A stretch of 48,900 nt of DNA from Flavobacterium sp. (lineage in GTDB: Bacteria; Bacteroidota; Bacteroidia; Flavobacteriales; Flavobacteriaceae): NCBI RefSeq assembly GCF_044376915.1, contig NZ_JBILKB010000001.1, forward strand, positions 1 through 48,900, in the 5' to 3' direction. Shown in pieces: positions 1 through 9,385 of this stretch. The notes beneath the pieces were generated by a model that saw only the letters and a program-made list of their open reading frames with translations, was not told the DNA's origin and did not search any database. The first letter of the stretch is position 1, and each line of letters opens with the position of its first letter. Made by a program: the position numbers and the translations under genes.

Positions 1-2
1 AA

Positions 3-1214
3 GAAGTTATTGACTTTGAAAAATCAATTATAGTTGGAATAATAACCCAAAACCAAAGTGAAGATAAACTAAACGAATATCTTGACGAATTGGAGTTCTT
101 AACCTTCACTGCTGGTGGAACGGTGGTGAAACGCTTTTCCCAAAAAATGGATAAGCCCAACCCTAAAACTTTTGTAGGAACTGGAAAACTAGAAGAAATC
201 AAATATTTCATCAAAGACAACGATATAAAAACCGTAATTTTTGATGATGAATTAACCCCTTCACAATCTAAAAATATTACCAAAGAATTAGATTGTAAAG
301 TGCTAGACCGAACGAATCTTATCTTAGATATTTTTGCACAGCGTGCCGAAACTTCATACGCCCGAACACAAGTAGAATTAGCGCAATGCCAATACTTATT
401 GCCGCGTTTAACCGGAATGTGGACGCACTTGGAACGTCAAAAAGGAGGTATCGGGATGCGCGGACCGGGTGAAACCGAAATTGAAACCGACCGCCGTATT
501 GTGCGAGATAGAATTTCGTTGCTAAAAGATAAAATCAAAGTAATCGATAAACAAATGGCTACCCAACGCAGCAACCGCGGGGCCATGGTTCGTGTGGCTT
601 TAGTAGGATATACCAATGTGGGCAAATCAACCTTAATGAATGCCGTAGGAAAAAGCGACGTGTTTGTCGAAAATAAATTATTTGCCACGCTTGACACTAC
701 CGTAAGAAAAACCGTAATAAAGAATTTGCCGTTTCTTTTAAGCGACACCGTAGGATTTATTAGAAAATTGCCCACACAATTAGTTGAATCGTTTAAAAGT
801 ACTTTAGATGAAGTGAGGGAGGCCGATTTATTGCTTCATGTGGTAGATATTTCACATCCCGATTTTGAAGACCATATTGCTTCGGTAAACCAAATTTTGC
901 AGGATATTAAAAGTGCCGATAAACCCACGATTATGGTGTTCAATAAAATTGACGCATTTCAATCGGTTTATTTTGATGAAAACGATTTAAGTGTGGAGAA
1001 AACTACCAAACATTACACCTTGGAAGAGTGGAAAAACACGTGGATGAGCAAATTAGGCGAAAGCAAAACCTTGTTTATTTCGGCTACTGAAAAAGCCAAT
1101 TTTGAAGAATTTAGAGAAAAGATTTATGAAGCAGTGCGTGAAATTCACATTACACGCTTTCCGTACAATAAATTCTTATATCCCGATTATAAAGACGCGG
1201 TTGAGAACGAGTAA
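3..1214 (+). CDS. hflX: GTPase HflX (5' truncated by window edge)
   Basis: Frame is open from position 3 (EVIDFEKSIIVG...). Motifs GYTNVGKST (G1), LFATLD, DTVGF (G3), NKID (G4) and the HflX signature RGPGETEIETDRR. Confidence 0.97.
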   Translation, partial: EVIDFEKSIIVGIITQNQSEDKLNEYLDELEFLTFTAGGTVVKRFSQKMDKPNPKTFVGTGKLEEIKYFIKDNDIKTVIFDDELTPSQSKNITKELDCKVLDRTNLILDIFAQRAETSYARTQVELAQCQYLLPRLTGMWTHLERQKGGIGMRGPGETEIETDRRIVRDRISLLKDKIKVIDKQMATQRSNRGAMVRVALVGYTNVGKSTLMNAVGKSDVFVENKLFATLDTTVRKTVIKNLPFLLSDTVGFIRKLPTQLVESFKSTLDEVREADLLLHVVDISHPDFEDHIASVNQILQDIKSADKPTIMVFNKIDAFQSVYFDENDLSVEKTTKHYTLEEWKNTWMSKLGESKTLFISATEKANFEEFREKIYEAVREIHITRFPYNKFLYPDYKDAVENE

Positions 1215-1244
1215 AAAAAAGACCTCAATGTTGAGGTCTTTTTT
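1213..1244. terminator. Bidirectional intrinsic terminator between convergent hflX and DUF2480
   Basis: A-tract, GACCTCAA-TG-TTGAGGTC inverted repeat, then T-tract. Confidence 0.85.
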
Positions 1245-1746
1245 ATTTTCGTTTATACAAAGGCACTGCCGAACACGCTTCACCAAACATAACGCTTTTG
1301 GCTACTTTTTGTAGTTTTTGTATGGCTACGGTATACACTTGGTTGGGTACAGCTTTTTTAGAACAGCCTTTTAAAATAACAGGTTTGTCAAAATAATCGG
1401 TGTAGTCGAGTTTGTTTAAAATGTCTTGATACCAAGCAATAACTGCCATTTCTTTTGTGCCATGAACAACTTGTAAAGCAAAAGGCGCCAAATGAACCGC
1501 CACTAACGCAAATGCCCAAGCAGGTAAAATGGCATCGGTAGCACAATATAAAGCCACATATTTGTCATCGTACTTAGACCAATCGGTATCTTTTAATTGG
1601 GCTCTAAAATCAGCTTCTTTCAGTAAAAAACCTTCCACTAACCATTGGGAAATATCAACCTCAACCACATGACCATCTGGATAGTAATCTTCTAAATCGA
1701 ATACCATCAAGGAACTTTGCGCTACTTTATTTACTATTTCGTCCAT
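1243..1746 (-). CDS. DUF2480 family protein
   Basis: Likely start is ATG at 1746 (MDEIVNKVAQS). Motifs FDLEDYYP, DAILPAWA, KGCS, MFGEACS recognised as DUF2480-like; last gene of the suf cluster. Confidence 0.8.
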   Translation of the reverse strand: MDEIVNKVAQSSLMVFDLEDYYPDGHVVEVDISQWLVEGFLLKEADFRAQLKDTDWSKYDDKYVALYCATDAILPAWAFALVAVHLAPFALQVVHGTKEMAVIAWYQDILNKLDYTDYFDKPVILKGCSKKAVPNQVYTVAIQKLQKVAKSVMFGEACSAVPLYKRK

Positions 1747-1753
1747 TTGAGAA

Positions 1754-1791
1754 GTTTCAAGTTTCAAGTTGAGCAACTTGAAACATTAAAC
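1754..1791. repeat. Palindromic element built from GTTTCAA heptamers
   Basis: GTTTCAA GTTTCAA GTTG-AG-CAACTTGAAAC ATTAAAC; perfect 11-bp arms at 1761-1771 and 1774-1784. Confidence 0.75.
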
Positions 1792-1796
1792 AAATT

Positions 1797-2120
1797 TTAT
1801 AACATTCCCAATTCTAACTTAGCTTCTTCGCTCATCAAATCTTTACTCCATGGCGGATCAAATGTAATTTCTACTTCGCATGATTTTACGGTATCAATAG
1901 ATTTTACTTTTTCCTCCACTTCTTGCGGCAATGTTTCTGCCACAGGACAGTTGGGTGATGTTAAAGTCATGACGATTTTTACATCATTGTCTTCGTTGAT
2001 CATGACATCGTAGATTAAACCTAATTCATAAATATCTACAGGAATTTCGGGATCAAAAATTCCTTTTAATACTTTGACTACGTCTTCCCCTAAATTGATT
2101 GTATCGTTAAATTCTTCCAT
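1797..2120 (-). CDS. sufT: SUF system Fe-S assembly protein, DUF59/SufT family
   Basis: DPEIPVDIYELGLIY and MTLTSPNCP DUF59 motifs; ATG at 2120. Confidence 0.88.
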   Translation of the reverse strand: MEEFNDTINLGEDVVKVLKGIFDPEIPVDIYELGLIYDVMINEDNDVKIVMTLTSPNCPVAETLPQEVEEKVKSIDTVKSCEVEITFDPPWSKDLMSEEAKLELGML

Positions 2121-2138
2121 TTTTTTAATTTTTATTAT

Positions 2139-2202
2139 AACCATATAAGGCATAAAAGAGAATTTAAGTTAATTCTATTTAACTTATATGGCTTATATGT
2201 TT
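2139..2202. repeat. Imperfect palindrome built from ~9-nt CATATAAG units
   Basis: AACCATATAAGGCATAAAAG...CTTATATGGCTTATATGTTT between sufE and sufT. Confidence 0.65.
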
Positions 2203-2208
2203 AATTTT

Positions 2209-2628
2209 TTATTGCTTCGCTTGAAAGGCTAAAGCATACATTTTAATTTGTTTAATCATTGAAACCAATCCGTTTGCTCTTGTGGGCGACAAATGTTCTT
2301 TTAATCCTATTTCATCAATAAAATCAGTGTTAGCCTCTAAAATTGAACTTGGTGTTTGGTTTGAAAACGCCCGAATTAAAATAGCAATAATACCTTTGGT
2401 TAAAATAGCATCGCTATCGGCTGTAAAGACAATTTTTCCATCTTGTTCTTCGCCATGCACCCATACTTTTGATTGGCACCCTTTAATAATGTTTTCGTCT
2501 ACTTTGTATTGCTCGTCAATTATAGGAAGTGTTTTTCCTAGCTCAATGATGTATTCGTAACGCTGCATCCAGTCGTCAAACATAGAAAACTCATCAACAA
2601 TTTCGTGTTGTATGTCTTGTATTGTCAT
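2209..2628 (-). CDS. sufE: Cysteine desulfurase activator SufE
   Basis: IKGCQSKVW, DSDA and LSPTRANG motifs; ATG at 2628. Confidence 0.95.
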   Translation of the reverse strand: MTIQDIQHEIVDEFSMFDDWMQRYEYIIELGKTLPIIDEQYKVDENIIKGCQSKVWVHGEEQDGKIVFTADSDAILTKGIIAILIRAFSNQTPSSILEANTDFIDEIGLKEHLSPTRANGLVSMIKQIKMYALAFQAKQ

Positions 2629-2629
2629 G

Positions 2630-3082
2630 TTATTTTTTTTCAACAATTGCTAGAATTGTAAGCACTAATTTTTGAATATATTTTGGAGGGTATCCCCCAT
2701 CAAATTCAGGTGTCTTATAGCTTTTGTCTTTTTCTATTATTTCTAAATAAGTAATTGGTGCCGCATCATAAAATCGTTTTTCTGAAGGCGCTTCTAGCGT
2801 TGGAATTTTGACAAATTCTATTTTTTCCAATTCCATTTGAATAGTTTTCATTTCATCAGAAGACAATTGGAACTGAGAACCTTTTTCGCCTCTAATTTTG
2901 GAAGAAGTAATAGTGCCATTTTCTATGGTAATACTATGAAAAAACCCTCGAGAATTTGATTCAAATACAATTTTTGGTAGTGTAAAACTATGCTGATCTG
3001 TGTTTGTTTGTGCTATTGTATTATTTTTTTTACTTACACAACTTAAATTAAATACAAGTAAAATTAAAGTAATTGCTTTCAT
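2630..3082 (-). CDS. Hypothetical lipoprotein inside the suf operon
   Basis: 150 aa; signal peptide with lipobox-like NLSC (Cys15); tightly packed between sufS and sufE. Confidence 0.75.
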   Translation of the reverse strand: MKAITLILLVFNLSCVSKKNNTIAQTNTDQHSFTLPKIVFESNSRGFFHSITIENGTITSSKIRGEKGSQFQLSSDEMKTIQMELEKIEFVKIPTLEAPSEKRFYDAAPITYLEIIEKDKSYKTPEFDGGYPPKYIQKLVLTILAIVEKK

Positions 3083-3093
3083 GCTTTTAGTTT

Positions 3094-4308
3094 TTAAGAC
3101 AACATCATTTGTGCTTTTTTAACCGCTTCAACAAAGATATCAATTTCTTCCTTGGTATTGTAAAAAGCAAAACTAGCTCGTATGGTGCCCGGAATGTTGA
3201 AAAAATTCATAATCGGTTGTGCACAATGATGACCGGTTCTTACGGCTATTCCCAATTTATCTATAATAGTTCCAATATCATACGGATGAATTCCTTCGAT
3301 ATTGAACGAAATGACCGACGCTTTGTTTTCGCTCGTTCCAAAGATTTTTAACCCTTCGATTTCTTGTAATCTTTTGGTTCCGTAAAGTAATAATTCGTGT
3401 TCGTAAGCTGCAATGTTATCAAAACCAATGGCATTCATGTAATCAATAGCGGTTCCTAAAACAATTCCGCCATCGATATTTGGCGTTCCTGCTTCAAATT
3501 TATGTGGTAAATCGGCATACGTAGTTTTTTCAAACGTTACTTCAGCAATCATTTCGCCTCCGCCTTGATAGGGTGGCAATTTTCGCAACCATTCCTCTTT
3601 TCCGTATAAAATTCCCACGCCTGTTGGGCCACACACTTTATGCCCAGAAAACACATAAAAATCACAATCTAACGCTTGTACATCGGGTTGTAAATGCGGT
3701 GTAGCTTGAGCGCCGTCAATTAAAACCGCTGCTCCTACTCCATGTGCTTTTGTAATGATGTCTTCTATTGGGTTAATCGTTCCTAACGCATTTGAAATAT
3801 GGTTAACTGCTACAATTTTTGTTTTCTCGGAAAGTAATTTATCAAATTCCGAAAGGATTAATTCTCCTTTTTCATTCATTGGAATAACGACCAGCTTTGC
3901 GCCCGTTTTTTCGCATAAAAATTGCCAAGGCACAATGTTACTGTGGTGTTCTAAAGCAGAAACCATCACCTCATCACCAGATTTTATTAAACTTGCAAAA
4001 CCATTCGCCACCAAGTTTATTCCGAAAGTCGTTCCCGAAGTAAAAATGATTTCGTAGTTGTGTTTGGCGTTTAAGTGATTTTGAATGGTATTTCTCGACG
4101 CTTCATACGCATCGGTAGCCAATTGACTCAATGTATGTACACCGCGGTGAATATTCGCATTGATTTCGCTGTAATAGTTAGAAATAGCATCGATCACCAC
4201 TTGCGGTTTTTGTGAAGTAGCCCCATTGTCAAAATACACCAAAGGTTTCCCATTTACTTTTTGCGATAAAATAGGGAAATCAGCTCTTACTTTTTGGATG
4301 TCTAACAT
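3094..4308 (-). CDS. sufS: Cysteine desulfurase SufS
   Basis: DNGATSQKP, SGHK (PLP lysine) and RTGHHCAQP group II motif. Confidence 0.97.
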   Translation of the reverse strand: MLDIQKVRADFPILSQKVNGKPLVYFDNGATSQKPQVVIDAISNYYSEINANIHRGVHTLSQLATDAYEASRNTIQNHLNAKHNYEIIFTSGTTFGINLVANGFASLIKSGDEVMVSALEHHSNIVPWQFLCEKTGAKLVVIPMNEKGELILSEFDKLLSEKTKIVAVNHISNALGTINPIEDIITKAHGVGAAVLIDGAQATPHLQPDVQALDCDFYVFSGHKVCGPTGVGILYGKEEWLRKLPPYQGGGEMIAEVTFEKTTYADLPHKFEAGTPNIDGGIVLGTAIDYMNAIGFDNIAAYEHELLLYGTKRLQEIEGLKIFGTSENKASVISFNIEGIHPYDIGTIIDKLGIAVRTGHHCAQPIMNFFNIPGTIRASFAFYNTKEEIDIFVEAVKKAQMMLS

Positions 4309-4325
4309 ATTTCTATGGTATATTA

Positions 4326-5642
4326 TTACAAATCAAACCCCATATTTACGCCCAATTTATCAGCGATAATACGAGCAATTTTTGCTTTTAATTCGGGTAT
4401 TTTTATGCTATTGGTCACTTCACTGGTAAACGCATACATCAACAAGGCTTTGGCTTCTTTTTTAGGAATCCCGCGTTGTTGCATGTAAAACATGGCGCTT
4501 TCATCAAGTTGTCCGATGGTACATCCGTGCGAACACTTAATATCATCGGCAAAAATTTCCAATTGTGGCTTGGCGTTGATCGTCGCTTTATCGCCAATTA
4601 AAATATTGTTATTTTGTTGGAATGCATCCGTTTTTTGGGCTTCTTTTTCAACGAAAATTTTACCGTTAAAAACACCTGTTGCACTTTCGTTTAGTATCGT
4701 TTTATAGTTCTGATGGCTTTCGCAATTGGGTGTCGCATGTTGCACCAACGTATAATGATCTACATGTTGTTTGTCGCCAATAAGAGTTACGCCTTTCAAG
4801 GTAGAATCAATACGTTCCCCTTGATGATAAAAATTCAAGTTATTTCTTGTGATGTTTCCACCAAACGAAAACGTATGTACCGCCACTCTACTCTCTTGCT
4901 TTTGAGCAATATAGGTGTTGTCGATCAAATTGGCAGTTTGAACATCGTTTTGAATTTTATAATAATCAACGATGGCGCGTTTTTGAGCAAAAATTTCGGT
5001 TACCGAATTCGTTAAAACTGGATTGCTATTCAAACTTTGATGACGTTCTACAATTTGAACATGAGCGTTCTCTCCCACAATGACTAAATTTCTAGGTTGT
5101 ACCATCAAAGCCGCTTCGGTTCCTGTAGAAAAATAAATAATCTCAATAGGCTTTTCTACCACTTTACTTTTTGGAATATTGATGTAAGCCCCCTCTAACG
5201 AAAATGCCGTATTTAAAGACGTTAAACTTTCTTCTTTACTCGCAATTTGGTTAAAATAGCTGTCGATTGCCATTTTATATTTCGGTTTGGTCAATGCCGA
5301 AGACATCAAACAAACATCTAAACCGTCATGTGTTGTAGACGACAAAAACGAACTGAAAATTCCGTCTATAAAAACAACTTTATAGGTGTCGATTTCGTGT
5401 AAAAAATACTTTTTTACATCTTTAAACTCGATTGTATTTTCTTTCTTTGGAAAAACCGAAAAATCATTTTTTAAAATGGCATTTAACGACGTGTATTTCC
5501 AAGCTTCCTCTTTTTTAGTGGGGAAACCTTTGTTTTCGAAATTTTTTATGGCGTTACTTCTTACCTCATGAAGTTCTGATTGGATGTCAATCTTTTCTTC
5601 AAAAGCCATGAACGAAGCTAACATTTTTTCTTTCAACTCCAT
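4326..5642 (-). CDS. sufD: Fe-S cluster assembly protein SufD
   Basis: KPQLEIFADDIKCSHG motif; position between sufC and sufS. Confidence 0.96.
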   Translation of the reverse strand: MELKEKMLASFMAFEEKIDIQSELHEVRSNAIKNFENKGFPTKKEEAWKYTSLNAILKNDFSVFPKKENTIEFKDVKKYFLHEIDTYKVVFIDGIFSSFLSSTTHDGLDVCLMSSALTKPKYKMAIDSYFNQIASKEESLTSLNTAFSLEGAYINIPKSKVVEKPIEIIYFSTGTEAALMVQPRNLVIVGENAHVQIVERHQSLNSNPVLTNSVTEIFAQKRAIVDYYKIQNDVQTANLIDNTYIAQKQESRVAVHTFSFGGNITRNNLNFYHQGERIDSTLKGVTLIGDKQHVDHYTLVQHATPNCESHQNYKTILNESATGVFNGKIFVEKEAQKTDAFQQNNNILIGDKATINAKPQLEIFADDIKCSHGCTIGQLDESAMFYMQQRGIPKKEAKALLMYAFTSEVTNSIKIPELKAKIARIIADKLGVNMGFDL

Positions 5643-5643
5643 A

Positions 5644-6396
5644 TTATGCTTCTTGTTCTTGTTTAATCCAATCGTAACCTTTTTCTTCCAATTCTAAAGC
5701 CAAATCGGCTCCACCGGTTTTTACGATTTTTCCATCCATTAACACGTGAACAAAATCGGGAACGATATAATCCAACAAACGTTGGTAGTGTGTAATCACC
5801 AACACCGCGTTGTTTTCGTTTTTTAATTTGTTTACCCCATTCGCTACAATTCGCAAGGCGTCGATATCCAAGCCTGAATCGGTTTCGTCCAAAATAGCGA
5901 TTTTTGGTTCCAACATGGCCATTTGGAAAATTTCATTACGTTTCTTTTCACCACCTGAAAACCCTTCGTTTAAAGAACGCGACAAGAATTTTCTATCCAT
6001 TTCTAATAATTCTGATTTTTCACGTATTAATTTCAGCATTTCATTCGCAGGCATTTCGTCTTGCTTGTTGGCTTTGCGTTTTTCGTTGATTGCCGTTTTG
6101 ATAAAATTCGTCACCGAAACCCCTGGAATTTCCACTGGGTATTGAAACGACAAGAAAACCCCTTTGTGCGCTCTTTCTTCGGGTGCTAATTCTGAAATTT
6201 CTTCACCATCTAAAAAGATTTCGCCTTCAGAAACTTCGTAGTTTTCATTTCCGGCAATGATGGAAGATAATGTCGATTTTCCAGCACCATTTGGTCCCAT
6301 AATCGCATGTACTTCCCCTGCTTTAATTTCAAGGTTAATTCCTTTTAATATTTCTTTGTCTTCTACCGAAGCGTGTAAGTTTTTTATCTGTAACAT
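5644..6396 (-). CDS. sufC: Fe-S cluster assembly ATPase SufC
   Basis: [32 protein letters not shown]. Confidence 0.97.
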   Translation of the reverse strand: MLQIKNLHASVEDKEILKGINLEIKAGEVHAIMGPNGAGKSTLSSIIAGNENYEVSEGEIFLDGEEISELAPEERAHKGVFLSFQYPVEIPGVSVTNFIKTAINEKRKANKQDEMPANEMLKLIREKSELLEMDRKFLSRSLNEGFSGGEKKRNEIFQMAMLEPKIAILDETDSGLDIDALRIVANGVNKLKNENNAVLVITHYQRLLDYIVPDFVHVLMDGKIVKTGGADLALELEEKGYDWIKQEQEA

Positions 6397-6434
6397 TTTG
6401 TAAATGTGTTATTTATTCTAATTTTTTTGATTGA

Positions 6435-7883
6435 TTATCCTACTGAACCTTCTAACGAAATTTCCAACAATTTCTGCGCTTCCACAGCAAATTCCATGGG
6501 CAATTTGTTCAATACTTCTTTGCTGAATCCGTTTACGATTAAAGCAATAGCTTTCTCCGTTGGAATACCGCGTTGGTTGCAATAGAATACTTGATCTTCG
6601 CCAATTTTTGAGGTCGTAGCCTCATGTTCAATTTTTGCCGAAGCATTTTTACTTTCGATATAAGGAAACGTATGTGCGCCACAATTATTTCCCATTAACA
6701 ACGAATCACATTGTGAAAAGTTACGGGCATTTTCGGCTCTTGCGCCTATTTGTACTAATCCTCTGTAGCTGTTTTGTGATTTACCTGCTGAAATTCCTTT
6801 AGAAATGATCGTCGATTTGGTATTTTTACCCAAGTGAATCATCTTCGTTCCCGTATCGGCTTGCTGATAATTGTTGGTAACAGCAATGGAATAAAATTCG
6901 CCAATTGAATTATCACCTTTCAACACAACCGAAGGATATTTCCACGTTACTGCCGAACCTGTTTCTACTTGGGTCCAAGAAATTTTAGCGTTTTTCTCAC
7001 AGAATCCTCTTTTGGTTACGAAGTTATATACTCCTCCTTTTCCCTCCTTATTTCCAGGATACCAGTTTTGAACGGTTGAATATTTGATTTCGGCATCGTC
7101 CATGGCAATTAATTCTACAACAGCGGCGTGCAATTGATTTTCATCACGACTTGGAGCCGTACAACCTTCTAAATACGAAACGTAACTGCCTTCATCGGCA
7201 ATTAACAAAGTTCTTTCAAACTGACCTGTTCCTCCTTGATTGATTCGGAAATACGTGGATAATTCCATTGGACAACGAACGCCTTTTGGAATGTAGCAGA
7301 AACTTCCGTCAGAAAAAACGGCCGAGTTTAAAGCTGCATAAAAATTATCTTTCTGCGGAACAACCGTTCCTAAATGTTTGCGCACCAATTCTGGATGTTC
7401 TTTGATGGCTTCCGAAATCGAACAAAAAATAATGCCTTTTTCGTTTAGTGTTTTCTTAAAAGTTGTTGCCACAGAAACCGAGTCTACCACGATATCAATA
7501 GCTACATTGTTCATTTTCTTTTGTTCGTCGACTGAAATCCCTAGCTTTTTGTACATCGCCAAAAGTTCAGGATCCACATCTTCTAGCTTTTTATTTGGGT
7601 CGGCTTTTTTGGGTGCCGAATAATAAGAAATCGCTTGAAAATCTGGTTTTTCATAATGAACATTAGCCCATTCGGGTTCTATCATTTCTTGCCAAGCACG
7701 AAAAGCTTCCAAACGCCAATCGGTCATCCATTCGGGTTCTTCTTTTTTCTTTGAAATGGCACGAACAATGTCTTCATTTAAACCAATTGGAAACGTTTCA
7801 GAATCCAATTCAGTATAAAATCCGTATTCGTATTCTTTATTTTCTAATTCAACTTTTAAGTCGTCTTCTGTGTATTTACTCAT
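6435..7883 (-). CDS. sufB: Fe-S cluster assembly protein SufB
   Basis: [32 protein letters not shown]. Confidence 0.97.
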   Translation of the reverse strand: MSKYTEDDLKVELENKEYEYGFYTELDSETFPIGLNEDIVRAISKKKEEPEWMTDWRLEAFRAWQEMIEPEWANVHYEKPDFQAISYYSAPKKADPNKKLEDVDPELLAMYKKLGISVDEQKKMNNVAIDIVVDSVSVATTFKKTLNEKGIIFCSISEAIKEHPELVRKHLGTVVPQKDNFYAALNSAVFSDGSFCYIPKGVRCPMELSTYFRINQGGTGQFERTLLIADEGSYVSYLEGCTAPSRDENQLHAAVVELIAMDDAEIKYSTVQNWYPGNKEGKGGVYNFVTKRGFCEKNAKISWTQVETGSAVTWKYPSVVLKGDNSIGEFYSIAVTNNYQQADTGTKMIHLGKNTKSTIISKGISAGKSQNSYRGLVQIGARAENARNFSQCDSLLMGNNCGAHTFPYIESKNASAKIEHEATTSKIGEDQVFYCNQRGIPTEKAIALIVNGFSKEVLNKLPMEFAVEAQKLLEISLEGSVG

Positions 7884-7892
7884 TTTTTTAAT

Positions 7893-8222
7893 TTATAACG
7901 AGAAGCTTTCTCCGCAGCCACACGTTCTTTGTGCATTTGGATTGTTAAAAACAAATCCTTTGCCATTTAAACCTCCTGAAAACTCTAAAACTGTACCGGC
8001 CAAATAAAGAAAACTCTTTTTTTCAACTACAATTTTAATGGCATTGTCTTCAAATATTTTGTCGTTCTCTCCCGTTTGTTTGTCAAATTTTAATTCATAA
8101 GACAACCCCGAGCAACCACCACTTTTTACGCCTACTCTAACATAATCTTGGGCGGCATCAAAACCATCTTCTTGCATCATGGCAATGATTCTTTTACTTG
8201 CTGTGTCAGAAACTTTAATCAT
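7893..8222 (-). CDS. sufA: A-type Fe-S carrier (HesB/IscA/SufA family)
   Basis: GGCSG and TCGCGESF motifs; first gene of the suf operon. Confidence 0.93.
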   Translation of the reverse strand: MIKVSDTASKRIIAMMQEDGFDAAQDYVRVGVKSGGCSGLSYELKFDKQTGENDKIFEDNAIKIVVEKKSFLYLAGTVLEFSGGLNGKGFVFNNPNAQRTCGCGESFSL

Positions 8223-8317
8223 AACCTCATTTGTATTTGTTGTTTAATATGCATTAGGGAACGCGCACAGAAAAATTCATTAATAAAATTGCTTTTTTCT
8301 GATGCCTATTCCATAGC

Positions 8318-8340
8318 TTATTTTGATTTTGTCTAAATTA
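8318..8340. promoter_or_regulatory. Operator-like palindrome at the suf transcription start
   Basis: ATTTTGA-N5-TCTAAAT (8320-8338) directly downstream of the minus-strand promoter element. Confidence 0.55.
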
Positions 8341-8344
8341 ACTG

Positions 8345-8352
8345 CAAAGATA
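8345..8352 (-). promoter_or_regulatory. Bacteroidota -7 promoter element for the suf operon
   Basis: TATCTTTG on the minus strand matches TAnnTTTG. Confidence 0.7.
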
Positions 8353-8456
8353 TATCATAATTTACTTTTTACAAGATTTGCTAACATTTTTATAACTTAT
8401 GTTAACATAGTTTTTGTTTCTGGTATTTTTTGTAATTTGGCTCAAAATAAGAAACG

Positions 8457-9314
8457 ATGAAATTGCATGCTATTGAGGCCGGAAATTTTAAACTAGATGG
8501 GGGAGCCATGTTTGGTGTGGTGCCCAAAACAATTTGGAACAAAACCAATCCGGCAGATGAAAACAACCTCATTGATATTGCGGCTCGATGCCTCCTAATT
8601 GAAGACGGAAATCGCTTGATTTTAATTGACACCGGAATGGGAAACAAGCAGTCGGATAAGTTTTTTAGTTATTATTCGCTTTGGGGAAATCATTCCTTAG
8701 AACTATCCTTAAAATTAGCTGGTTTTCACCGTGATGATATCACAGATGTTTTCATGACCCATCTGCATTTTGATCATTGTGGCGGAAGTGTCAACTGGAA
8801 CGCGGCCAAAACTGGTTTTGAAGTCGCTTTCAAAAATGCAAATTATTGGACCAATGATAACCATTGGGAGTGGGCTACAAAACCCAACTCAAGAGAAAAA
8901 GCTTCTTTTTTACATGAAAACATTATTCCAATGCAAGAAAGCGGTCAATTGCAGTTTATCAAACGTCCAGAAGATGATTTTTTAGCAGAATCTGAATTGG
9001 GTTTTGGCGTATTTTTTGCTGATGGACACACCGAAAAACAAATGATCCCACACATTCATTACAATGGAAAAACAATCGTTTTTTGTGGGGATTTGTTGGC
9101 AACAGCTGGCCATATTCCAATTCCTTATGTTATGGGCTACGACACAAGACCGCTGTTAACCCTGGATGAAAAAACTAAGTTTATGAATGCCGCCGCCGAT
9201 CATAATTATTATTTGTTTTTAGAACATGATGCGCACAATCAAATCATTACGGTTGAAAAAACAGAAAAAGGGGTTCGGCTAAAAGAAGTATTGCGATACG
9301 ATGATCTTTTTTAA
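8457..9314 (+). CDS. MBL-fold metallo-hydrolase
   Basis: LDGGAMFGVVPK, THLHFDHCGG (HxHxDH) and GHT motifs. Confidence 0.92.
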   Translation: MKLHAIEAGNFKLDGGAMFGVVPKTIWNKTNPADENNLIDIAARCLLIEDGNRLILIDTGMGNKQSDKFFSYYSLWGNHSLELSLKLAGFHRDDITDVFMTHLHFDHCGGSVNWNAAKTGFEVAFKNANYWTNDNHWEWATKPNSREKASFLHENIIPMQESGQLQFIKRPEDDFLAESELGFGVFFADGHTEKQMIPHIHYNGKTIVFCGDLLATAGHIPIPYVMGYDTRPLLTLDEKTKFMNAAADHNYYLFLEHDAHNQIITVEKTEKGVRLKEVLRYDDLF

Positions 9315-9385
9315 TTTTTGATAAAACTTACTTAATTGTAACAAATACAACACAAATCAGTCCAATAACTGAAATTATTTACCCC

